DNA from: Planctomycetaceae bacterium
GTDB taxonomy: Bacteria; Planctomycetota; Planctomycetia; Planctomycetales; Planctomycetaceae
Assembly (NCBI GenBank): GCA_041688565.1
Contig: JBDNHX010000303.1
Span: 7,296 to 71,295, forward strand
DNA: 64,000 bases
Reading direction: 5' to 3'
This document shows, one piece after another, positions 8,727-18,288 of this stretch. A program made the position numbers and the translations under genes. Every line of letters begins with the position of its first letter. Positions within the stretch are counted from its first letter, which is position 1. The notes under the pieces were generated by a model. It was not told the DNA's origin. It worked only from the letters and a program-made list of their open reading frames with translations, and did no database searches.

Positions 8727-10685
8727 TTGCTTGTGAGTACAATTCACGCGAATTCTCCAGCAGCCGGTCCGGTGGATGAGGTTCCAGAAGAGGGCACCGC
8801 TGCGGTTTCCTTTCTTGACGGAATTCCCGCCTGGGGAATGAGTCTTCTGGTGCATGTCGGGATCATCCTGGGCATCGCGATGATTTCTCTGCCCGAGATT
8901 ATTCTGCCTGATTTCAATCTGACATCGACCGTCGAAATTGAAGAGCCTCAGCAGGTCGAGTATGTGCTCGACACACAGCCGACCGAAGCGCTGGGCAGCA
9001 AAAGCGATCTGAATATCGCCAGCCCGTCAGCCGCGATCGCGCAGCATCGTGGGCTCGACAATCACCGCGAAGAGGTTGAACGCATCGAAAGTGTTGTCGT
9101 TAATCCTCGCGTGCAGTTGATGGAAACCGTTTCCAGCCCCAGCGAAGCGGAGATGTTGGAAAATATCGATCTGACCGGGACCACCGAACACGCCGGAGGA
9201 ACTGACGGCGCCGTTGACCGTGTCACGCTGGAAATCGCGGCGTCTCTTCGTCAGCGAAAAACACTGCCGGTCTGGCTGCTGGATGAATCAATTTCGCTGG
9301 AATCACGTCGCGAACGCATCATCGAGCGGTTTGAAAATGTCTACCAGCAGCTCGGGCTGATGGATGACATCGACACCAAAGACGCTTTGAAAACCGGAAT
9401 CATCGGTTACGGCAAAGACGTCCATGTCCTGATGGATCAGCCATCCAGTGACATCGGTGAATTGTCCAAGGCTATCAAGAGCATCAAAAGTGACACGTCG
9501 GGCGTTGAAAACGTATTTGCCGGCATCAATCAGGCGTTAAAAGTCTATGGCCCGCACCGCAAGAAAATGCGGGCCAACATGATTCTGATCATCGTGACAG
9601 ATGAGCGCGGCGACGATTTTGGCGAGAACTACACCGTTCTGGAAGAAGTCGTCAAACGTCTGACTCGCGATGGTATTCGTGTTTTCTGCATTGGCAACAC
9701 GTCACCGTTTGGCCGCCAAAAGGGCTTTGTCCACGTGAAGTGGAAAGGCGCTGACGGAGAAGATTACGAAGAAGATATTGGCGACGCCGATCAGGGGCCT
9801 GAAAGCCCGCTGCCTGAAGGTCTGCAGCTGCCGTTCTGGACGGCCAATGCGCAGGGGCTGGAGCGAATGTCTTCCGGATATGGCCCTTACACATTGTCTC
9901 GACTGTGTGCTGAAACCGGTGGGATCTTCTTTGTGGCCGACGATACATCGGTCAAGCAATGGGATCCGCAGATTATGCGGCAATACGCTCCTGACTATCG
10001 TCCGGGGCTGGAGTACCGTCGCCAGCTTCAGGGCAACATGGCTAAGCAGGCATTGATTGCCGCCGCACAACTGGGCGTGACAGAGCCAGTGCCGATTCCG
10101 CAGCGAGAATTTCAGGCAAACAATGACAACGTCCTGCGTGAACAGATCACGGAAGCTCAGAAGCCGCTGGCTGTGCTGGATTATTTCCTCGAGCGTGTCC
10201 AGGTGGCTCTGGAAGCCGGAGAGAAGCATCGAGACAAACTGGACTCTGACCGCTGGCGAGCGAATTATGATCTGGCCATGGGCCGCGTTCTCGCGATGCG
10301 TGTGCGAGCCTTTGGGTATAATGCCGTTCTGGCGGAAATGAAGTCGAACCCAAAGAAGTTCGAAAAGTCAGACAGCAATCAGTGGAAGCTTGTGCCTTCC
10401 GAACAGATCAATGCCGGTGCAAACGTGCGTCGCATGCATGACAAAGCTCTTGAATATCTGCACCGGGTGATCAATGAGCATCCAGGAACTCCCTGGGAAT
10501 TTCTGGCGACGATCGAACTGAGCGAGCCGCTGGGCTGGGGCTGGAAAGAGGGCCAGATGCAGATCACGGCCATGAACGGCGGTGACGGTGCTCGTGGACC
10601 GCAGTTTGCTCCTGAAGAAGAAGCACGTCGTCGTCAGCAGCAGGAAATGCAACGCAAAAAAGAAGCCTCAAAACCCAAGATCTGA
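8727..10685 (+). CDS. membrane-anchored von Willebrand factor type A (VWA) domain protein
   Basis: TTG start in the ORF track. There is one N-terminal TM segment (WGMSLLVHVGIILGIAMISL). The VWA core shows a MIDAS-like LLDESIS and IIVTDERGDD. The C-terminal tail is basic and Glu-rich. Confidence 0.7.
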   Translation: MLVSTIHANSPAAGPVDEVPEEGTAAVSFLDGIPAWGMSLLVHVGIILGIAMISLPEIILPDFNLTSTVEIEEPQQVEYVLDTQPTEALGSKSDLNIASPSAAIAQHRGLDNHREEVERIESVVVNPRVQLMETVSSPSEAEMLENIDLTGTTEHAGGTDGAVDRVTLEIAASLRQRKTLPVWLLDESISLESRRERIIERFENVYQQLGLMDDIDTKDALKTGIIGYGKDVHVLMDQPSSDIGELSKAIKSIKSDTSGVENVFAGINQALKVYGPHRKKMRANMILIIVTDERGDDFGENYTVLEEVVKRLTRDGIRVFCIGNTSPFGRQKGFVHVKWKGADGEDYEEDIGDADQGPESPLPEGLQLPFWTANAQGLERMSSGYGPYTLSRLCAETGGIFFVADDTSVKQWDPQIMRQYAPDYRPGLEYRRQLQGNMAKQALIAAAQLGVTEPVPIPQREFQANNDNVLREQITEAQKPLAVLDYFLERVQVALEAGEKHRDKLDSDRWRANYDLAMGRVLAMRVRAFGYNAVLAEMKSNPKKFEKSDSNQWKLVPSEQINAGANVRRMHDKALEYLHRVINEHPGTPWEFLATIELSEPLGWGWKEGQMQITAMNGGDGARGPQFAPEEEARRRQQQEMQRKKEASKPKI

Positions 10686-10867
10686 GCCTTGGAATCTTCG
10701 CTCTGAACCCGGGCCTCCCACCTCAAACATCCAAAGACACAGCGAGTTGCAAACAACCGCTGTGTTTTTTTGTTGAGTCATGTGCAGCCCCACGATACGA
10801 ACCTTCGCCATGTGTGCTGAATTCCGCTTTGTACGGGACCGGCCGCAACTGGCAGGCTGTGATTTTC

Positions 10868-10956
10868 GTAGGACAGGCTTCCAGCCTGTCTTTGCCCTGC
10901 AGGGCCCAGTGTGTTTCTGCAATGAATGTCGGGCGGGAAGCCTAACCGACGTGACA
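10868..10956. repeat. interspersed repeat family B (GACAGGCTTCCAGCCTGTC hairpin + AATGAATGTC..CCTAACC tail)
   Basis: It aligns over about 90 nt with 30301-30390 (GGCTTCCAGCCTGTC.TTGC.CTGCAG...CCAGTG.GTTT...AATGAATGTC.GGC.GGAA.CCTAACC). Confidence 0.8.
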
Positions 10957-11415
10957 TGCAGGCTAAATCACCAGCCTGCTTACTTCGGCAGCTGAGTGGC
11001 CTGCGTCTTCAGCCACACCGCTGATCCGGCAATTTTTGCCGTAACGGTCTTCAGGAATCTTCCTCAAAACGGCCGAATTTTGCGGAAGGTCGCTAAAAAC
11101 GCCGAAATGAGCCTCTCGTCGGCAGCAAATTTTGAACGTACGCGGAGGACAGCGTTGCGGCATGTTGACCAGTTTCGCGTGAACTGAGACAACCTAAGAA
11201 CACCGTCCTGATCTGCGCGCCAGCGTAGTGAACCGGCGGCCGACATTTCTGGTAACTGCCTTTCTGTAATCCCCTCCCAATCGTGCACTGATCTGTTGGC
11301 CAAAGCGTCAGACCAGATGTTCGAACGTCCTTTCTCTTCCACAGTGTTCTGTCTGGTTGAGGCCACAACAACTGTTCTCTGGTTGTTGCCTCAGGCTGCT
11401 GGCAGGAGTCTCCCC

Positions 11416-13791
11416 ATGCGACGCGCTATGCATTTCCGAATCGTTCTTCTGACCATCGGCGGACTCAGTATCGCGTTTTCCGGATGCACGAGTTCGCTTC
11501 TGAACACGGCCATGCTGAATCCTGCGAACTTCAAGCCGTCCATTATGGATGAGCACAGGACCGAGCAGCGTGTAATCAATTCCTTCACCGACGCGCTGAC
11601 GGAAGACAACGAATCGGCCTTCCGCAAAATCGTCTCAACTCGCTTTGAACAGCGCGCCCTGCGATCAAAAGATTCCTACAAGGATCTGGAGATCCTTAGT
11701 CTTCCGAAAGAAAAACTGGAAGTCGTTGAAAGCAAAGAGATCGGCGAAGGTCGACTGGAAGCCGTTGCGAAAACAGAAAAAGAAGCCACCAAATATCAGT
11801 TCGTCATTGTCCGCGACGCAGAAAAACGCCGCTGGGTGATTGACGACATCATGCTGCGACAGCAGAAAAAAGGAACACGCGCCACAAAATCGTCCGTCGA
11901 AGTCATGGATTTGCTGCTGACAATTCGCGAGTTCCTCGATACGTGGCAAAGTGCGGATCGCGAAGCTGTTCTGCTGGCTCTCTCAACCGACCTTCGCACG
12001 CCGCTGGAGAAACTGCCAGACCCATGGATGCAACGGATGATTGCCCGTGTTTCCGCGGAGTGCGAAACAGGAATGGCTCGCCGACCGCAGGCCCAGATGA
12101 ACGAATCTGATGCCGTCGTGAAGATGCCATCCAAAAACGGATTCCTGCTGCTCAAAGTGATGCGCGAAGACGACAAGTGGCTAGTCTCCGACATCGAAGT
12201 GATCAATCGCAAAGCAGCCGATCATCCAGGTTCAATCCTGCGACAGGCTCGCGCAATGAACTCGGTGACCGATTTTCTTGCGGCTTATAACAAGAGCGAC
12301 TTGACGGTGCTGAAAAAGCATACGGAAGCAAAGTTCTACAGCAACGCAATCGGTGTCGGCGATCTTTCCATGATCCCAATGCCGTCGCCCGACCATGCTC
12401 CTGAAGACTTTGAGATCCAGTCGTTCGCCGGACAACTGACGGTGATGATCCCCGGTGAAACGAACATCATCCGCCTCGATCTGATAACTCCGGAAGTGGC
12501 CAGCGTAAAGGACGATCGCAAGCGACCTGTCACAACCACTGTGGAAACAGAATTCATCATTTCCGATGTGACCATTTATGACCGTGCGACTCAGCAGCAG
12601 CGAAATCTGAAATCCGCGTTCACCGCTCCGGCTCGTGCCCTGCTGTTCCTGACCGCACTGCAAACAAAAGATCTGCCAATGCTGCGGCAGACATCCGCCC
12701 GCACATTGACCGAAGCTTCATGGGAACGGATTGATCCGAGCCTGATCTCTCTGCTGCCACTCACCGGAGTTCCCGCAGGAGAAATGACTCTTCAGAACAG
12801 CAAAGTTCAGGGCGAAGTGACGGAACTGGAATTCATGTCGGCAACCGGCCAGATCTGTATCGTGCTGTTGCGCGACGAAAACGGCAGTCTGAAGGTGGAA
12901 GATGTGCAGTATCCGGATGCCTTTGCCAGCGTTGCTTCACTGAAGACTCAGCTGATGCTGACGGTTCCTGTGATTGAGCTGGCTCAGGCCTGGAAGGACG
13001 GAGATCTTGAACTGGTCAAACGAACCAGTTCAACGGACTTCAATCGACTGGTGTGGAGCAATATGACCGGACTGCCTCCGCAGTTTGATCGTGTGCCTGA
13101 ACTGCTGCAAATGCCTGTGCAGAAGACACGAGCGGGTGAGCAGCGCGCGTTTGTCGAAATGGCCGACCCGGGCAGACCAGCGGTCACGGTTTCTTTGTTG
13201 AAGGAAAACACGGCATGGGTTGTGGATGAAATCTCCATGCCTCAGGCCGACGGAAGTCGCGTCGATCTGCGAAAATCGCTTCGTCAGGAAATCGCCAGAC
13301 AGTTTCTGGTCGATCCTTCCGGTGGAATCCAGCAGGCTCATTACGAAGACAACTCCGACGAAATCGTGTCGGGAATCGTTCAGGCCAGCGGCACAAGCGA
13401 CGACAGGCCTCGCGGCAATCTGACGCTGCAGTCGTATGGAAAACCGGCCGCTCGCACGGCATCGCTGCCACCGGGAATGGACCTGACTCCGCCACCGACC
13501 GCACCACCTGCGAAGGCTCAGCGCGACGAAACGGGCACGCTTCATTTTGGTCCGGGAGCCTCCAGCGGACAGAAGGCTGCGAAAAACTCGGCCACGAGCA
13601 AGACTGCGGATGCCGCGCCGTCGCCAATTCCGTTTCGTTCCGCAGCCGTTGCCCAGGAACATGATGGGGTTGTGTACTTCAACGGCGACGCAAAAGTGCC
13701 AGCGAACGCGAAAGGATCGTCAGGTCCATCCAAAGAAGTTCGCTCATTCATGACAGACCCAAGCCAGAATCCAATCGAAATTCCGAATTGA
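11416..13791 (+). CDS. lipoprotein with five tandem approximately 120-aa modules and a Pro/Ala/Ser-rich tail (function unknown)
   Basis: ATG at 11416 gives MRRAMHFRIVLLTIGGLSIAFSGC, a signal peptide plus lipobox Cys. Five modules end in RRWVIDDIML, DKWLVSDIEV, TEFIISDVTI, GSLKVEDVQY and TAWVVDEISM. Confidence 0.6.
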   Translation: MRRAMHFRIVLLTIGGLSIAFSGCTSSLLNTAMLNPANFKPSIMDEHRTEQRVINSFTDALTEDNESAFRKIVSTRFEQRALRSKDSYKDLEILSLPKEKLEVVESKEIGEGRLEAVAKTEKEATKYQFVIVRDAEKRRWVIDDIMLRQQKKGTRATKSSVEVMDLLLTIREFLDTWQSADREAVLLALSTDLRTPLEKLPDPWMQRMIARVSAECETGMARRPQAQMNESDAVVKMPSKNGFLLLKVMREDDKWLVSDIEVINRKAADHPGSILRQARAMNSVTDFLAAYNKSDLTVLKKHTEAKFYSNAIGVGDLSMIPMPSPDHAPEDFEIQSFAGQLTVMIPGETNIIRLDLITPEVASVKDDRKRPVTTTVETEFIISDVTIYDRATQQQRNLKSAFTAPARALLFLTALQTKDLPMLRQTSARTLTEASWERIDPSLISLLPLTGVPAGEMTLQNSKVQGEVTELEFMSATGQICIVLLRDENGSLKVEDVQYPDAFASVASLKTQLMLTVPVIELAQAWKDGDLELVKRTSSTDFNRLVWSNMTGLPPQFDRVPELLQMPVQKTRAGEQRAFVEMADPGRPAVTVSLLKENTAWVVDEISMPQADGSRVDLRKSLRQEIARQFLVDPSGGIQQAHYEDNSDEIVSGIVQASGTSDDRPRGNLTLQSYGKPAARTASLPPGMDLTPPPTAPPAKAQRDETGTLHFGPGASSGQKAAKNSATSKTADAAPSPIPFRSAAVAQEHDGVVYFNGDAKVPANAKGSSGPSKEVRSFMTDPSQNPIEIPN

Positions 13792-13810
13792 TTCACGAAA
13801 GAAATTCGTC

Positions 13811-14668
13811 ATGGATATCACAAGTGAAAATGCGCGACGTGCCTACTGGTCCGAACAGATGGAGAAGGGCTATGACCTTGTCCAGAAGATCATGGCCTTT
13901 GAGGTGCAGGAGTGCGGCGAAGGATTTGCCTCGCTTCAGGATGCCGTGGCGGCAGACGGTGTTGAGATCCTGTTCTCCACGTCGAAGATTGCCGGCGAAC
14001 TGGATCGCCTCTTTTACATTCGTGAAAGCCTCGTCAAAGATGTAATCGCCATCGGTCAGCAAATGAATGCACGCGGCTGGATCCTGAAAATTGAAGACGG
14101 GTATCGGTCGCTTGCGATGCAGAAGCAGCTGGGCAGCAAGGCCGAATTGTTTGATGCGATCCTGAAGAAATGCATCTGGGAAAACGGTGGTACGATTCCA
14201 GCCGTTGAACTCGTTTTCCGCCGCGGCTCGGTGCTGATTGCCAATGTGCCCAAAGTGGGCACTCATATGTCGGGTTCCGCCATTGATATCTCCGTCTTTC
14301 GACGTGATGATGGCACTGAGGTGTGGCGTGGGAATCCGTACCTGGAAATGAGTGAGCGGACTCCTATGCGTTCGCCGTTTGTGGAAGAGCACAACATTCG
14401 CAATCGCCTTGAGATCACGGAAATCATGGAGTCACACGGCTTCATGCATTTTCCGTTTGAGTTCTGGCATTACAACAAGGGCGATGCACTCGGCCACATC
14501 CTGACCGGCAATCCGGCACCGGGGAAATTTGGCCCCGTGCACTGGAACCCTACGACCAATCAGGTGGTCGCTGTGGAAAATCCGACGAACCCACTTCGAC
14601 CGCTGCCCGAAATCGAAAAGGAAATCTCAGCTGCTGTGGAACGAGCCCGGTCCAGAGGCGAGGCCTGA
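13811..14668 (+). CDS. D-Ala-D-Ala dipeptidase-like zinc peptidase (M15, VanX family)
   Basis: GTHMSGSAIDIS matches the SxHxxGxAxD zinc-ligand motif. PFEFWHY matches the ExxH motif. At 285 aa it carries an N-terminal extension relative to approximately 200-aa VanX. Confidence 0.75.
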   Translation: MDITSENARRAYWSEQMEKGYDLVQKIMAFEVQECGEGFASLQDAVAADGVEILFSTSKIAGELDRLFYIRESLVKDVIAIGQQMNARGWILKIEDGYRSLAMQKQLGSKAELFDAILKKCIWENGGTIPAVELVFRRGSVLIANVPKVGTHMSGSAIDISVFRRDDGTEVWRGNPYLEMSERTPMRSPFVEEHNIRNRLEITEIMESHGFMHFPFEFWHYNKGDALGHILTGNPAPGKFGPVHWNPTTNQVVAVENPTNPLRPLPEIEKEISAAVERARSRGEA

Positions 14669-14771
14669 ACGCTAAGCTTGGAGCGGAAAATAAGTGTCGC
14701 CTTTCGCTCTGCGAAAGTTGCGAATACGCTTCTTTCGCGGAGCAAAAGGCGACTCTGAAAAATGAAATAAG

Positions 14772-14806
14772 AAAAGCCCGGCTTTGCGAAAAGCCGGGCT
14801 TCTTTT
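14772..14806. terminator. bidirectional rho-independent terminator between convergent genes
   Basis: Stem AAAAGCCCGGCTT / AAGCCGGGCTT with a short loop, followed by TTTT on + and preceded by an A-run (T-run on -). It lies between the stops at 14668 (+) and 14878 (-). Confidence 0.6.
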
Positions 14807-14877
14807 GTCTGGCGACATCAGCACGATTACCGAACCTGCTGTCTGCGATAAACAGCCACGTTCAGTTCAGCACATGA

Positions 14878-16209
14878 CTATGGCTTCGCGCCTTCCGGGA
14901 TCAGCATCTCGTGCTTCTTCATCGCGTCGGCAGTCGGAGAAGACTCAGAATTCCAGGGCAGTGGAACTTCCTTTCCTTCCGGATAAAGAGATTCCATCGG
15001 TTCCCAGACAACATCGACATCATCTTCGAACAAGTCGCCAATCAGCAGGTCCGTGACTTTGCCGCGCAGATGAGGGAAGTTGCGGACGAAACCGCCAAAG
15101 TTGAAGCCTTCGTAATATTCGCACACCAGCCGTCGCATACGGTCGATGCCTTTGTTCAAAGCCGGACCCCATTTACCCAGCTGAGCTTCCGACACGTCAT
15201 TCATTTGCAGGCCTTCGACAACGGCATCAGCCGCCATCTCGCCGGACTTCAGAGCCAGCAACAGGCCTGAAGAATAAAGCGGGTCAAGAAACCCGAAGGC
15301 ATCGCCGACCAGCACGTAGCCATCGCCTGAGACCTTTGTTGAACGATAGGAATAATCCCGAGTTGCGAAATGGCCGGTCGCCTGCGTTGCATTGGCGATT
15401 CGATCACGGACCGCCGGGCAGCGTTCGACCTCTTCCTTGTAAACTTCTTCGTGCGTTCCACGGCCCTTGAAGAGATAATCAAACGGAGCCACAACGCCCA
15501 CACTCACGCGATTGTCGTGCAGCGGAATGTACCAGAACCAACCCTTCTTATTTTCGGTCTGCAGAACAACCGTCGCACCTTCGTCACGACCGGTGTCGCG
15601 ATAAGCGCCCTCCCAGTAAGTCCAGATCGCGCCTTTGTTCAAAAGTGGATCCCAAACTCGCAGCTTCATGCGATTCATCAACAGGCCGCTCTGACCGCTG
15701 GCGTCCACAATCACTTTCGCATTGATCTGTCGAATCGTTCCATCGGGTTCCTGAATCCGAATCCCCGTCGCACGCTCGCCATCGAACAGAACATCGAGAA
15801 CTCGAACACCCTCGTGCGCCTCGACGCCGTGTTCGCGGGCGTTGTTCAGCATCATCAGATCAAACTCGCTGCGCACAACCTGCCACGTTTGTGAACACTC
15901 GTGAGGCTTATTGTCGGAGAAATAAAACGGAGCAGACTGGCGTCCGTTGGCACTGACAAACTGCACGCTGTGCTTTTGGACGAACTTACTGGCCTTCATT
16001 TTCGGCAGCATGTTCAGACGTTCAAGAACCCAGTAGGTTTCCGGAATCATGGATTCACCGATGTGGAAACGCGGGAACTTTTCGCGTTCAAACAGCTGAA
16101 CCTTGTAGCCCTTTTGAGCAATCAGCGTCGAAGCTGTCGCGCCGGCCGGGCCGCCACCAATAACGACCACATCGGTTTCGCTGACTGTTTGCGGATTATC
16201 GTTAAACAT
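14878..16209 (-). CDS. flavin-dependent halogenase-like FAD oxidoreductase
   Basis: ATG at 16209 (MFNDNPQ). FAD fold VVVIGGGPAGATAS. EKFPRFHIGESMIPE contains a Lys before FPR. GWFWYIPL matches the WxWxIP halogenase signature. FGFLDPLYSSG is present. Confidence 0.7.
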   Translation of the reverse strand: MFNDNPQTVSETDVVVIGGGPAGATASTLIAQKGYKVQLFEREKFPRFHIGESMIPETYWVLERLNMLPKMKASKFVQKHSVQFVSANGRQSAPFYFSDNKPHECSQTWQVVRSEFDLMMLNNAREHGVEAHEGVRVLDVLFDGERATGIRIQEPDGTIRQINAKVIVDASGQSGLLMNRMKLRVWDPLLNKGAIWTYWEGAYRDTGRDEGATVVLQTENKKGWFWYIPLHDNRVSVGVVAPFDYLFKGRGTHEEVYKEEVERCPAVRDRIANATQATGHFATRDYSYRSTKVSGDGYVLVGDAFGFLDPLYSSGLLLALKSGEMAADAVVEGLQMNDVSEAQLGKWGPALNKGIDRMRRLVCEYYEGFNFGGFVRNFPHLRGKVTDLLIGDLFEDDVDVVWEPMESLYPEGKEVPLPWNSESSPTADAMKKHEMLIPEGAKP

Positions 16210-16757
16210 GGGCGACCTTCTGAAACAATGCAATTGCGGAAGGAATGACGAAAGCCAGAGAACCCTTCGGATCCCGGCAGACCGTGAAATCACTTTTTCA
16301 GACTATATTCCTTTCAACGACAGTTGTCCAGACAAGTGTTGTCAGAACTATTCTGCAAACTCCGCCGGCTGCTGAACTTATGATCGGTTGGCTGAACGAT
16401 TTGAAACGAGCGGAGCGACTGATGCTGTGCTTGTGCAGGCCAGGACGCACTATGGTGGCGAGCTCGGCGAGCTCTGGTAGGCGTTGGATCTCGACTGAAA
16501 AACGGATCGATTTTCTCCGACGCACGTGACTGCCAGCGTGACCATCACCAGGGCAAAAGACTAATCTTTGACCCACCTGGCCTGCGCGCCGTCATAATTG
16601 AAAAACTCGATGTCGCAAAAAAAACGGAAAACCCACTCCGTCGATGGGTGGCAGGCCGTAGGCGTGTGTAGGATGGCACGCACTACGGTGAGTGAAGAAA
16701 AGGAGTTCGGCAGCGCTCAACCAATGGCAGACCTCGCTAAAGCGGAACTCAATCGTG

Positions 16758-17051
16758 ATGAAAACCTATCCGATCTCCTGCGAAATCTCCGGCCCCACCG
16801 CGATGTGGACCCGCCTCGACACCGGAGATGCCCCGGTTAGCTATCTCGCACCGACATACTCGGCCGCCAAAGGAGTTTTGGAGTCGGTGTGCTGGCTTAA
16901 GTCGGCGGTTGTAAACCCCACTCGCGTAGAAATTTGCGCGCCGCCGATCTGGCACACCTACACAACGAACTACGGCGGTCCGTTGCACAAGTCGAGTTCG
17001 GTGAAAGACGGTAACAGTTTTCAGCTCCTGGCATCGGTATTGGTCAACCTC
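16758..17051 (+). pseudogene. cas5: cas5 (subtype I-C, Cas5d) N-terminal fragment
   Basis: MKTYPISCEISGPTAMWTRLDTGDAPVSYLAPTYSAAKGVLESVCWLKSAVV... matches the Cas5d N-terminus (PTYSAxKGxxESxxW). Recognisable similarity stops after about 98 codons. The frame then continues as unrelated sequence to 17249. Confidence 0.7.
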
Positions 17052-17055
17052 ACTA

Positions 17056-17757
17056 ACACCTTTCGATCGAGAGATTTCACTTTCCAAAATCCGCGAACGG
17101 TTATCGGACAACTCCGACAGCGACTGGACCTTGGTGGCTACTTCGTGCGTCGAGGCTGGCGTAGACATTTCCTTTCGAACCGGATTTCGAGAGCGATCAA
17201 GTTTGAACAGCCTGCTTCAAACCTCAGGCCGAGTGAATCGCTCGGGTGAATATGGCACGGCTGACGTGTGGGACATTCAGTTGAAGCACGATCATCGCCT
17301 GAGAAAACATCCTGCGTTCGATGATTCTTCTGTGGTGGTTGGAGAACTGTTTGACGAGGGAATGGTGTCGCCTCAATACTGTACTGAAGCAATGAGACGC
17401 GAGATTAGACGAGGAGGGATGAAGACGGCAGCGGCGCTTTTAGTGGCTGCGGAGCAAAAGAAACAATTAGCCGAAGTGGCGAAACAGTTTCGAGTTATCG
17501 ACAGTAACACAGAGACAGCCGTGGTGGATGAAAAGTTGATTAAGCGTCTTCGATCCCGTGAAAAAGTTTCGTTCGATGAGCTCCAGGATGGAAGCGTGCA
17601 GATTTATTCCAATCGTCGCATTGATTTCGCAATTGCCGCGATTCCTGAGCAACCCGGTCTTTTCGAATGGACGTTAAAGTATGACAGATTTCTGGGCTAC
17701 ATGGCGGGCGTCATTGAAAACGTGGACTTTGTAAGTTCTGGTGGAGCATGCGTGTGA
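17056..17757 (+). pseudogene. cas3: Cas3-like SF2 helicase C-terminal fragment (motifs V-VI onward)
   Basis: In a different frame from cas5: LVATSCVEAGVDISF ... LLQTSGRVNRSG resemble helicase motifs V/VI of Cas3. No HD domain, Walker A or DEAH region lies upstream. The frame opens only at 17005. Confidence 0.55.
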
Positions 17758-17796
17758 TTGAGTGAATTCTTCATCGAAGATCTACTGCATGATTCG

Positions 17797-18288
17797 TCAC
17801 GCAGCAGATTTTCCTTCGATGGGCAGAAACAAGACGTTGGGTTGAGACGCGAAACGATGGAGACCATGGTGCTCGTAAAACCGGATTGCCAAATCTTCCT
17901 TGGCATCGACCAGCAAGGCATAGACTGCAATGTCCGACTCTGTCGATCGCTGCACGGCGTCGTGCAACAACGCACCGCCCAGCCCGCGCGATCGATATCG
18001 AACGTCGATCGCCAATCGGCCCATGCGAGCTGCCGGAATATTCGGATAGCGCGGAAGTCGATTCGAAAGTCGATCTGGTAGATCAGGCAACGGAATACTG
18101 CACGCAGACAATGTGTAATAGCCCGCAATCGATTCGGTCGCACTTTCAATCAGCAGAAAACAAACGGCGAAGTGCCGACGCATTTCCTGGCCGGCCTGCT
18201 GGACGAGGTAGCGATTTAACGCAGCGACGCCACCGTCAAAGCCAGTGCGAACGTGCTTGTGCAATCGTTCGATGCGAAACGCACTCAC
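17797..18288 (-). CDS. GNAT-family acetyltransferase toxin (TacT/KacT-like)
   Basis: 163 aa. The acetyl-CoA motif is RLAIDVRYRSRGLGGALL. It overlaps the upstream DUF1778 gene by 4 bp, the classical TA arrangement. Confidence 0.8.
   Translation of the reverse strand: MSAFRIERLHKHVRTGFDGGVAALNRYLVQQAGQEMRRHFAVCFLLIESATESIAGYYTLSACSIPLPDLPDRLSNRLPRYPNIPAARMGRLAIDVRYRSRGLGGALLHDAVQRSTESDIAVYALLVDAKEDLAIRFYEHHGLHRFASQPNVLFLPIEGKSAA

Noticed and set aside
8217-8855. 212-aa minus-strand ORF in the gap between the asparaginase-like and VWA genes
   Set aside because: It has no recognisable motif and Cys/His/Arg-rich composition, and its 5' part overlaps the VWA gene start. A small real gene in 8217-8650 cannot be excluded, but I cannot support it.
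16692-17249. 185-aa ORF taken at face value as an intact small Cas5
   Set aside because: Cas5d similarity covers only about residues 23-120 of this ORF. The rest has no Cas5 character and overlaps the Cas3-like frame, while real Cas5d proteins are about 220-240 aa.
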